From Abditibacterium sp. (lineage in GTDB: Bacteria; Armatimonadota; Abditibacteriia; Abditibacteriales; Abditibacteriaceae): a DNA stretch of 64,000 nucleotides. Below are positions 55,334-63,251 of the stretch, piece after piece. The stretch's first letter is position 1. Each line of letters starts with the position of its first letter. The translations under genes were made by a program, and so were the position numbers. The stretch covers positions 2,048,001-2,112,000 of the forward strand of contig OZ251992.1 in assembly GCA_965246885.1 (NCBI GenBank), in the 5' to 3' direction. The notes beneath the pieces were generated by a model that was given only the letters and a program-made list of their open reading frames with translations, did not search any database and was not told the DNA's origin.

Positions 55334-57061
55334 CTACTTGTCCAAACCCAACTCTTTGATCTTCGCCAACACATCCGCCCCGTGCGTTTGGACGTGGACA
55401 TCGGTGTCTATCCAACGCACGACACCCGCTTTGTCAATGAGGAAAGATAGGCGCGAGGGCGCGTCAGTCTGGCTTTGGACGGCGCCCCACGCGAGGGCGA
55501 CGCGGCGGTTCGTGTCGTTCAGGACGGGAAAGGGCAGGTGCAACTGCTCGGCGAAAGCGCGCACCTTCGCCACGTCGTCGGTTGATACGGCGATGACCTG
55601 TGTGCCGCTCGCTTGCAAGGCCGGATATGCCGCGCGAAGTGACGCGAGATGCGACTCGCACCCGCCCGTGAAGCAGTGCGGGAAGAAGGTCAGCAACACA
55701 TTCGAGCGGCCCCGAAAGTCGGCGAGCGAGACCGTTTTTCCTTGCGTGTTCATTCCTACACAAGCAGGCGCAGGGGCGTTCAACGTGACGCCTTGTGCGA
55801 GCACGGGGAGCGTGCCTTCGCCGATGGTTCCGGCCATATCGAGAGGCAGTTCGCGCCCGTCCGACAGTTCGACGTTGGCGCGCTCGAAAAAGCTGTCGTC
55901 TTTTTTGCCAGCGACAGGGATGAGCAACTCGATGGCGTGCGCGCGGGCTTCTATGTTTGGCGCGAAGTGCGCGGTGAAGCCCTTCATTTGGGAAGTAATG
56001 CCGCGAATCGAGAAGGGGCGCGGGCCGTGAACGACTACTACGCGCCGTGCTGTGCCGAGGGGCGATTTGTCCAACACGACCATGCGCGGCGACGCGGAAA
56101 TGTCGTTGGAGATGAAGCCGCCAACTGGCACCGACAGCGAGCGAAGCGGGGCGCCCACAAGTTCGAGTAGCACGCTCCCGGCAAGCGGGCCTTCGGGCGC
56201 CGAGGCAGGCGCGGTCACGTCCAACGAAAAGCGCGGCAGAGCCGGGGATTTGGCATCGGCAACCGGGGGCGCGGCGACTTGGGATTGCAAGCGCGTTTGA
56301 AGCCACGCGGGAGAAGCGACCACGCGCGCCACTTTCCAGCCGACGGGTAGCTCGAAGTCGCTCTGGGCGCTTAAGGTTTGGCCCTTTTCGCCGAACAGCG
56401 AAAGCGGCGCGGGCACTTGGAAGGGCGCAAAGGTCGGCTTCGATTGGAGCGCCAACACCATCCTCCCCGCCACCGCGTCACCCGCCTGAAGCGTGACGCG
56501 CACCAGCCGCTCGGAATCGGCGTGCATCGTGGCAGTGAGCGTGGTGCTTTCTCCGGCGAGGAGGCGGCTTTTGTCCAACTTGGCAGCCGTGCAACCGCAC
56601 GAAGTCGAGACGACCGCGAGGTCGAGCGGCACGCGCCCCGTGTTGCGAAGCGCGTAGTGCGCCACGACCTGCGCGTCGTCGCCGAGCGCCGTGATGGGCA
56701 CGATTTGCACCGCGTCGTCTACCGCAAGCGCCGGGGCGGGCACGGTCGGAACGAGCGCCTCGCCGCCATACAATGCCGCGAGTTCCTTGATGGGCAGTAG
56801 CGAAAACGCGCCCTCCACCGACACCAACACCGCGTCCCGCCCCCACGCCGCCACCAACACCTGCTTCGCTCCGTTCAATGGCGCGCGCAACGACAACAGC
56901 GCCATCTGCCGCCCCGCCGCCAACTGCGCGAGCGACACCTTTTGCGAACGCGCCGCGACGGGCGCATCGGACAAAAGGGCGAACGGGTTCGCCGCTTGCG
57001 GTTGGGCATGGGCGAGCGGCGACAGCAGGAGGAGGGACAGCCCGAAAAGGTGCGGTTTCAT
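55334..57061 (-). CDS. Exported multidomain protein: degenerate C39-like segment + DUF1573 Ig-like + Ig-like + AhpC/TSA (BCP-like) peroxiredoxin domain
   Basis: Signal peptide MKPHLFGLSLLLLSPLAHAQ; LRNTG..PL....STSCGCT (DUF1573); C-terminal SLADFRG..FFPHCFTGGC..VIAVSTD..FPVLND..SFLIDK.GVVR (PxxxTxxC). Confidence 0.8.
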   Translation of the reverse strand: MKPHLFGLSLLLLSPLAHAQPQAANPFALLSDAPVAARSQKVSLAQLAAGRQMALLSLRAPLNGAKQVLVAAWGRDAVLVSVEGAFSLLPIKELAALYGGEALVPTVPAPALAVDDAVQIVPITALGDDAQVVAHYALRNTGRVPLDLAVVSTSCGCTAAKLDKSRLLAGESTTLTATMHADSERLVRVTLQAGDAVAGRMVLALQSKPTFAPFQVPAPLSLFGEKGQTLSAQSDFELPVGWKVARVVASPAWLQTRLQSQVAAPPVADAKSPALPRFSLDVTAPASAPEGPLAGSVLLELVGAPLRSLSVPVGGFISNDISASPRMVVLDKSPLGTARRVVVVHGPRPFSIRGITSQMKGFTAHFAPNIEARAHAIELLIPVAGKKDDSFFERANVELSDGRELPLDMAGTIGEGTLPVLAQGVTLNAPAPACVGMNTQGKTVSLADFRGRSNVLLTFFPHCFTGGCESHLASLRAAYPALQASGTQVIAVSTDDVAKVRAFAEQLHLPFPVLNDTNRRVALAWGAVQSQTDAPSRLSFLIDKAGVVRWIDTDVHVQTHGADVLAKIKELGLDK

Positions 57062-57104
57062 GGGAAGAAGGGGCGGCGGAAACTCACGAACAAGGCGCGG
57101 AATC

Positions 57105-57177
57105 CCGTAGGGACGCTGCTTGCCGCGTCCGTTCTGGATAGTAACATGAGCGGACGCGGCAAGCAACGTCCCTACGG
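57105..57177. repeat. GTAG-type REP palindrome
   Basis: CCGTAGGGACGCTGCTTGCCGCGTCCG ... CGGACGCGGCAAGCAACGTCCCTACGG (1 mismatch), intergenic. Confidence 0.85.
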
Positions 57178-57214
57178 ACGACATCGTTTTGCTTGGTAGT
57201 GACGGAAGCTGTTA

Positions 57215-58627
57215 CTACTTACCCCCCGCCACTTTCGGCGGGTTAAGCAAAATCGCCAGTTGCAAGCGCGGCACAATCGGGTCGTTGGTTTGAAGCGAGA
57301 CGAGGACGTTTTGCGTGGGCGCCTTGAGAATCGAGCGCCACTTGACCTTGAGATCAAGCGTCGCCGTCTCGCCCGGAGCGAGCGTGTCCTTGGACAACTT
57401 CGAGTCGGTCACGCCCAACAACGGGTATTCCAACTGCAACGTGAGCGGCGTTTTGCCCGTGTTGCGGAGCGTGAACAACTGCGGCACTTCGGCATCGAGC
57501 GACGGCAGTTGAATCGAGCGCACCGCGTCCTCGGCCACGATACCCGCACTTTGCGCGACCGCCTTGGTCGGCACGAGCGCCTCGCCGGAGTAGCGCCCTT
57601 CCAACACGCTCCGCTCCACATTGCGCGTTAAGCCCCGGTCAATCACCACCGCGCGGTTAGCGTCCAACGCCGTCAAGGTCACGATGCGCCCATCGTCCTT
57701 CAAGAACAACGCCGCCGCCATCCCGCTCGCTTGCAACTGCGCCAACGTCAGCTTTTGCACCCGCGTGTCCAGCCCCAACTTCGTCGCGCCCGCTTGGATG
57801 TCCGACAACGTGAACTCCGGCTGCGCCGGGTCGAACTGCTTCCATAGCTGCTCGCGGTCGATGCCATAAATGGTCGGATACGTCACGCGGCGCGAGAGCT
57901 GGACAAGAGATTCAGGCCCACCATTATCATCAACGACATTGGTATTTATTTCAGGCTTTCCAATGAGGTGCTTTCTTTGAAACACATATTGATAGAACTC
58001 TTGGTAATCAACTACATCGAACCCGACACCTGCCTGTTGCGGAAATACAACCGAGAATCCGTCCGAGTCCTGCCAAAGTGCCTCGTCAAATGGAACCCTC
58101 GCTATTACTCCGTCAGACTTCAAAACCAAATAGTATCCAGACGGATTACTCGCTGTAGATTCATGAAGTAATGATGAGTTCTTCCTTGAATATATATCAA
58201 TGTGTGCAAATATATCCTGCTCACCTTTCTTGAGTGGGGATCCTATAGGAGATCCATCAAGTCTCCTTTCGGGCCTAAAAACGGATATAGTATCCAAAGC
58301 GTGTTCCCTAATGGATCTGCTTTCCGCGAATTTGTTATTAGGGTCAATGAGGTGTGAGACGACGTCTTTTTCTGACTCAAATCCATACACCTCACTATTA
58401 GCAATCATGTCATCTATTAAGTCTTTCCTATTCACAGGATAGGAGAGGCCATGATTTTTGGTGTAAATCTGGATAGCCCTACGGAGGTCTGACAAGATTC
58501 TCTCGCCAGAAGAAGTGTCTTGTCCATACTTGTAACTGATTGGCTCATCTGCCTTGGAATGCTGAATATGCACAAGTAATGCACAGCAGATACAAACCGT
58601 TATTACAATCTGTTTTTTGTTCTTCAT
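57215..58627 (-). CDS. Exported protein: low-GC N-terminal domain + inactive C39-peptidase-like domain + DUF1573-like Ig domain
   Basis: Signal peptide MKNKKQIVITVCICCALLVHIQHSKA; DNGGPESL..TL.DI...A..LGL......TL.QL..GRIVTL....VVID..YSGEALV (C39-like fold, no Cys/His); FTLRNTG..PL..LAPGET..TNDP. Confidence 0.75.
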   Translation of the reverse strand: MKNKKQIVITVCICCALLVHIQHSKADEPISYKYGQDTSSGERILSDLRRAIQIYTKNHGLSYPVNRKDLIDDMIANSEVYGFESEKDVVSHLIDPNNKFAESRSIREHALDTISVFRPERRLDGSPIGSPLKKGEQDIFAHIDIYSRKNSSLLHESTASNPSGYYLVLKSDGVIARVPFDEALWQDSDGFSVVFPQQAGVGFDVVDYQEFYQYVFQRKHLIGKPEINTNVVDDNGGPESLVQLSRRVTYPTIYGIDREQLWKQFDPAQPEFTLSDIQAGATKLGLDTRVQKLTLAQLQASGMAAALFLKDDGRIVTLTALDANRAVVIDRGLTRNVERSVLEGRYSGEALVPTKAVAQSAGIVAEDAVRSIQLPSLDAEVPQLFTLRNTGKTPLTLQLEYPLLGVTDSKLSKDTLAPGETATLDLKVKWRSILKAPTQNVLVSLQTNDPIVPRLQLAILLNPPKVAGGK

Positions 58628-58694
58628 GTCTTGTTGAATCGGCGGAACATATCTATCGAGACGATCCCGACAGATATGTTCCACCAAGTATGGT

Positions 58695-59060
58695 TCAGGC
58701 GCTGAGGCAAGTTCCTTCTTCTACGACATAGCGAACTTCAGTGCATCTGGTCAGAGGTGGCTGCATAAAACCTCGAGGGAATTTGTAGTAGTCGTAGGTT
58801 ACGCTTTCTTTGCTGAATGGCGTAAGCACGCAACTGCCGGAAGGGTCGTAACAGCCACCAACTGACAATTTGTCTGACACCAAATCGCGAACTGTGTTTG
58901 CAGAAGTCGCACATATGACATCTGTTGGTGGAAACGTGCGGGGACATTTACTCGCATGTGCAGGTTTGGCCGAGCAGAACAGCAGACTAAGGGCTGGTGC
59001 AAGGACGAGTGTGAGCAACTTCTTTTTGCTTGATGTGTGGAGTGAGCTGGATTTTAACAT
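58695..59060 (-). CDS. Small secreted Cys-rich protein
   Basis: 121 aa; signal peptide ending AHA-S; six Cys in the mature part; low GC; GGGAA RBS-like site upstream. Confidence 0.75.
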   Translation of the reverse strand: MLKSSSLHTSSKKKLLTLVLAPALSLLFCSAKPAHASKCPRTFPPTDVICATSANTVRDLVSDKLSVGGCYDPSGSCVLTPFSKESVTYDYYKFPRGFMQPPLTRCTEVRYVVEEGTCLSA

Positions 59061-59082
59061 GGTTTCCCGTGGCTATAGTTGT

Positions 59083-60504
59083 TTAGCCAGTTTTAAGAGC
59101 GAGCAAAACTTGCGTTGTGCTCGCAGCGCGCGACGAAATTTGGAGACTAAAATGCTGACTTTTTTGCGCCTCAGAGAGTTTTGAGGAGACTTCAACGACC
59201 ACCTCCTTTTCTTCCTCATATGCCTCAAGCGCGCCTTTTTGCCAATTGTCAATCGGCAAAACGCGCACTTGAATAGCGGGATCATCAACAGTTGCGCTGA
59301 CCGACTGGTCGCCATACGTTTTGATGCGGAATCGGGCGTAGAGCGGGGCGTCGGGGTGCAACGGGTTGGTTTTGAGAACGATCTCTTTCACATCGCACTG
59401 GATGGGCTGGGTTTTCCAGCCTCCGGCGCGCAGGTAAAGGTCGTGTGCCAGCACATATAGACCTTTGGCTGGCGTCTCACTCAGCGAATCGGCATTCTTC
59501 GCCAGTTGAAGGGCTTCTTCGCTCAAGCGCATGGTTTCGTTCAGATCGCCGGCTTGATAAGCGTCGGAAGCAAGCCAAGCGTTCTGCGCCACTCGTCCCT
59601 CAACGACGGCCTCTGTCGCCTGAAGTGGTTGTGCCAAAGCGCGGCGCGCTTCCTCGTTCTTTCCAGCCCTTTTAAGGACCAGATACTCATCATAGAAGAC
59701 AAGAGCCGTGCGCCAGCCGTCGTGTTGCTCAATGGCTCCTTGACGGAGATGCTTAACCTCCTCGACTTTTTGTGGCCCAATCTTCTCCAGTTCGCGCGCC
59801 GACTCCAGATACATATCTGCCATCATCCACTTAGGCATTGGAGCGAAGTTTTTCAATTGGAGCCATGCGGTCGCGCACATTTGGTGCTGTTGTGTGTCGC
59901 GGTAGAACCAGCCAAGACGCTCGACAACTTGGAATATCAAGGCTTCGTTGTCGTTCCCCTGAATCGGTATCTGCGAATCAATTCCCGCCAAAACACTCTC
60001 ACACAACGGCACACACCGCTCGTCGCCGACGTTGCCCAGATAATCGGCGATCCACAAGCGCGCTTGGGGCGACAGCTTTCCCATGTTCTTCGCTTCGAGC
60101 AGTTGTGGGGCTTGATCTACGACGACTTTGGCGACCGCGCGGCGCAACGGCCACCACACTTCCCACCCTTCGCCGAAGCCGCCCCAAGGATGCAGGCGGT
60201 ACGAGAGCATATAGAGCGCTTCTTCCCCCGTCAACTGTTTGCTCGCCACCGCGTCGTCCACGCTCAGGCTGCCGTCCTTGAGGCGCCCCAGCAAGGCGTC
60301 GAGGTTGGCCGGGGTGTCATCCGCGACGATGGCCCCGACTTGTTCCACGTCCACAGGCGGCGCGATGGGCGCGAGACCGACCGGGGCGACGGGCACGGCG
60401 GGCTGGGAAAAGGCACAGGCTCCCACCAACAGGCTCGCGCCCACCATCCCCAACACTCGTGTCCACAACCCAACCGGGCGCGGTCTCATGGTGCGTTGCT
60501 TCAT
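59083..60504 (-). CDS. Exported helical-repeat (HEAT/TPR-like) protein with C-terminal beta domain
   Basis: ATG 60504 overlaps the upstream TGA; signal-like N-terminus; LWIADYL..VGDE.CV.L.E..L; TPR-like helices; Ig-like tail. Confidence 0.7.
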   Translation of the reverse strand: MKQRTMRPRPVGLWTRVLGMVGASLLVGACAFSQPAVPVAPVGLAPIAPPVDVEQVGAIVADDTPANLDALLGRLKDGSLSVDDAVASKQLTGEEALYMLSYRLHPWGGFGEGWEVWWPLRRAVAKVVVDQAPQLLEAKNMGKLSPQARLWIADYLGNVGDERCVPLCESVLAGIDSQIPIQGNDNEALIFQVVERLGWFYRDTQQHQMCATAWLQLKNFAPMPKWMMADMYLESARELEKIGPQKVEEVKHLRQGAIEQHDGWRTALVFYDEYLVLKRAGKNEEARRALAQPLQATEAVVEGRVAQNAWLASDAYQAGDLNETMRLSEEALQLAKNADSLSETPAKGLYVLAHDLYLRAGGWKTQPIQCDVKEIVLKTNPLHPDAPLYARFRIKTYGDQSVSATVDDPAIQVRVLPIDNWQKGALEAYEEEKEVVVEVSSKLSEAQKSQHFSLQISSRAASTTQVLLALKTG

Positions 60505-61817
60505 GGCGTGAGGGCCACCTCCTTGTCGAAGGCCGCAAGCGGGTTCTCGCCTTGACCGTTCAGGTAGGCCACGAACGCATTCGCGCGGAGCGCGTTGCCG
60601 TCCACGCTCTTCAACACGCGGCACACCATCAGCGCGCCGTCGGGCGAGTCCGGCTGCGCCCTCAAGAAAGCGCGTGCCACCGTCATCGCTTCTCCCGCAT
60701 CGGCGCGCGTGCCCAGCGCCAATCGGATCGAAACCATCTCCTCGCTCCACAGATGATCGGTCTCGCCGTCCACTCCTGCGGCGCGCGCCTTGGCCAATTG
60801 CTCCAACCGTTCTTTAAGCGGAGCGGCAAGCTTGTCGTCCTGCGTGGGCAACGCGATTTTGAAAAGCGGGTTGGCCGCAGGAGCGACAGCCGCGACGGGC
60901 GGCGCATCGGGGGCAGGAGCGGCGTCCGCAACAGGCGCCGTCGCTATGGGCTGCGTTTGAGCGCGGGTGAACAAGCGCGGCGCGCTGAAGTTTTCGTTGG
61001 CGGCCCATGCGCGGTTGAGTTGCGCCGTCGCGTGCGCCACCGAGTAGCCCTTGAACGCCGATACCCGGTAATAAAGCGCGCTCCACGCCAACGCTTCGGG
61101 CGCGCGACCATCGGCGATCAGGTCGTTCACCAGCTTCTCATACATCCATCCCGTCTGCCACGCGTCCATCCCGAAGTTCTGGCGTCCGCCATCGAGAAAG
61201 ATCGGCATCGAAAGCACCACCTTTTGCAGGGCCGCGATCACCTTCTCCCGTCCGGCTTTGGTCTCTTCGGCCTTGGCATCGCCGCCTTTGCTGCTCGCTT
61301 CGAGCGCGGTAATATAAAGCTGCACCGCCTGACGCGAAGCGAAGTCCACATAGCCCCGACCAGAGCGACCTGCCGCCGTCACGACCGGCCACTGCGCCTC
61401 GACAAAAGCCACGACATCCGAGGGCTTGTTCTGCGTGAGCAATAAGTCGGCTTTGCCCCATACGAGCGTAATGGCGCCCGCTTGTCCCTTGTAACGCGCG
61501 ATGCCTTCGTCGTAGAGGGCCGTCGCCGCGTCGTCCTGCTTCAAGCGGCGGAGCACGTCCGCTTTGGCGTTGAGAGCGATGGGTTCAACAGTCGGCCCAA
61601 GGTCGGGGTTCTTCGCCAAAAACGCATCAAGGTCGCCCGTCAAGCCCGCCGCGTCGGTTTGCATCCGCTCGTCCAACTTGACTTGCGCTTTGAAGGCGTT
61701 CCACGCGCCCCAGTTGTCGCCCTGCGCGCGCGCCACGCCGCCCCAGCCGCACGTCAAAGCGGGCGCCAGCATCCCGGCCAGCACCCACACACGACGCACA
61801 CGGAAAAAGTAGCGCAT
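60501..61817 (-). CDS. Exported TPR-like helical protein
   Basis: Signal peptide ending ARA-Q; KADVLRRLK..D.A.ALYDEGI, L.ADGR..EAL.W..LYY; C-terminal AN.F..Y...G.GENPL. Confidence 0.72.
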   Translation of the reverse strand: MRYFFRVRRVWVLAGMLAPALTCGWGGVARAQGDNWGAWNAFKAQVKLDERMQTDAAGLTGDLDAFLAKNPDLGPTVEPIALNAKADVLRRLKQDDAATALYDEGIARYKGQAGAITLVWGKADLLLTQNKPSDVVAFVEAQWPVVTAAGRSGRGYVDFASRQAVQLYITALEASSKGGDAKAEETKAGREKVIAALQKVVLSMPIFLDGGRQNFGMDAWQTGWMYEKLVNDLIADGRAPEALAWSALYYRVSAFKGYSVAHATAQLNRAWAANENFSAPRLFTRAQTQPIATAPVADAAPAPDAPPVAAVAPAANPLFKIALPTQDDKLAAPLKERLEQLAKARAAGVDGETDHLWSEEMVSIRLALGTRADAGEAMTVARAFLRAQPDSPDGALMVCRVLKSVDGNALRANAFVAYLNGQGENPLAAFDKEVALTP

Positions 61818-61996
61818 ACTCAAAAAACAGAGCAGGGAACGGCGACGACCTCACTCCTCAAACAGAAGCGAACAGGCGAGGTCACTGCCCAAAGGATACC
61901 CTTTTCGCGCCCCTTTTAAACCCCTCACTATCACCTAATTGGGGGGGGGTCTGAGATAAGCTGCGCTCATCAATGCGCGAAGTGCGTGAAGAAAGA

Positions 61997-62230
61997 GTCG
62001 TCGCCGCTCCTTCATTCATTGTCGTTTGCGCGTTGATTGACGTCGTTTGCGCCTCAACGGATGAAGTTGGCGCCTTGATTAACGTCGTCGCTGCCTTAAC
62101 TCGTGTCGTTGGCGCCTCAACTCGTGTCGTTGGCGCCTCAACTAACGTCGTCGGCGCCTCAACTAACGTCGTTGCTGCCTTAACTGACGTCGTGGGCGTC
62201 TTGATTAACGTCGTTTGTCTGTCAACTCAT
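61997..62230. repeat. 21-bp-period tandem repeat array (GTCGTTGGCGCCTCAACTnnn, about 11 units)
   Basis: Repeated GTCGTTGGCGCCTCAACTCGT / GTCGTCGGCGCCTCAACTAAC variants in the divergent intergenic region. Confidence 0.88.
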
Positions 62231-62335
62231 TAAGGAATGGGCTAAAAAGAGAACGCGGGGCGACTATTTCGCCGAAAAGTGGGGTTATACTGCGCGCCAT
62301 TGGGGATGTCGATCTTCGAGGGCGCCCTCTTCCTT

Positions 62336-63151
62336 ATGAAACACTCCCGCTTTTTGGAGGTGCGCGCTTCCTCCGACCATTCACTGTTGCTTGATGATGC
62401 CCTCGCTTTGCGAGGGAGGGAGACGCGCGACGCGCGGCGCCAGTTCCTTGTCGAGGGGGTGCGGGCCATTAATTTGGCGATGGAGTTCGACGCTTTGGAA
62501 ACGCTCTTTTTCGCGCCGGGAAACGGGGACGGCGTGCGCTTTTTAGCTGGAGAAGCCCGCGAGCGCGGCGTGCGTTGCTTGCAAATCGAGCCAGCCGAAC
62601 TGCGCGCGATGGCGCACGGCGAAGACGCGCAGGGCGTGGTCGGAATTGCCCGCCAACAAACACGAACGCTTGTTGAAGCGGGCGCGGAAAAAGGCGTCTG
62701 GCTGGCGCTCGAAACGCTCAACGACGACGGCAACCTTGGAACGATGTTGCGCACATCGGAAGCGAGCGGCGCGCGCGGCATCATTGCGTGCGGGCCGGAC
62801 GTAGACTTTTGGGCGCCCAAAGCCGTGCGCGCGGCGATGGGCGCCTTGTTCTCGCAAACCTTGGTGCGCGCGAGTTGGAAGGAACTCCTCGCTTTCAAAA
62901 CCGCAACAAGCGCCCAGTGGATCGGCACGTCCCTCGAAAACGCGCGGCCCTACGACCAAATCGCGTTCGGGCGCGATTTCTGGCTGTGGATGGGCGATGA
63001 ACGCGACGGGTTGTCGCCCCGCGCGCTTGAAGCGTGCGACGAACTGGCGTACATTCCGATGAGCGGGCGCGTGGACTCGCTCAATGTGGGCGTCGCGGCG
63101 GGAGTGGTGCTGTTCGGCGCGCAGTTTCGATTCAAAGTCTCACCGCGTTAG
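62336..63151 (+). CDS. TrmH/SpoU family RNA 2'-O-methyltransferase
   Basis: F.VEG, D.GNLGT.LR..A.G, K..RA.MG..F, MG.E..GLS, IPM.G...SLNV..AAG..L. Confidence 0.92.
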   Translation: MKHSRFLEVRASSDHSLLLDDALALRGRETRDARRQFLVEGVRAINLAMEFDALETLFFAPGNGDGVRFLAGEARERGVRCLQIEPAELRAMAHGEDAQGVVGIARQQTRTLVEAGAEKGVWLALETLNDDGNLGTMLRTSEASGARGIIACGPDVDFWAPKAVRAAMGALFSQTLVRASWKELLAFKTATSAQWIGTSLENARPYDQIAFGRDFWLWMGDERDGLSPRALEACDELAYIPMSGRVDSLNVGVAAGVVLFGAQFRFKVSPR

Positions 63152-63251
63152 GAGAAAGCCGCGCACCTTCGCGCCGCGCCCGTTGTCAAAACTCCTTGCC
63201 GTGCGGAACATAGCCCCTGCTTCCGCGTCCTTCTTGCCCGCTCCCCAGTTC

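Noticed and set aside
61941..61949. G9 homopolymer as a phase-variation switch for the cluster
   Set aside because: It is intergenic and appears upstream of, not between, the weak candidate promoter boxes; there is no evidence of length variation without reads.
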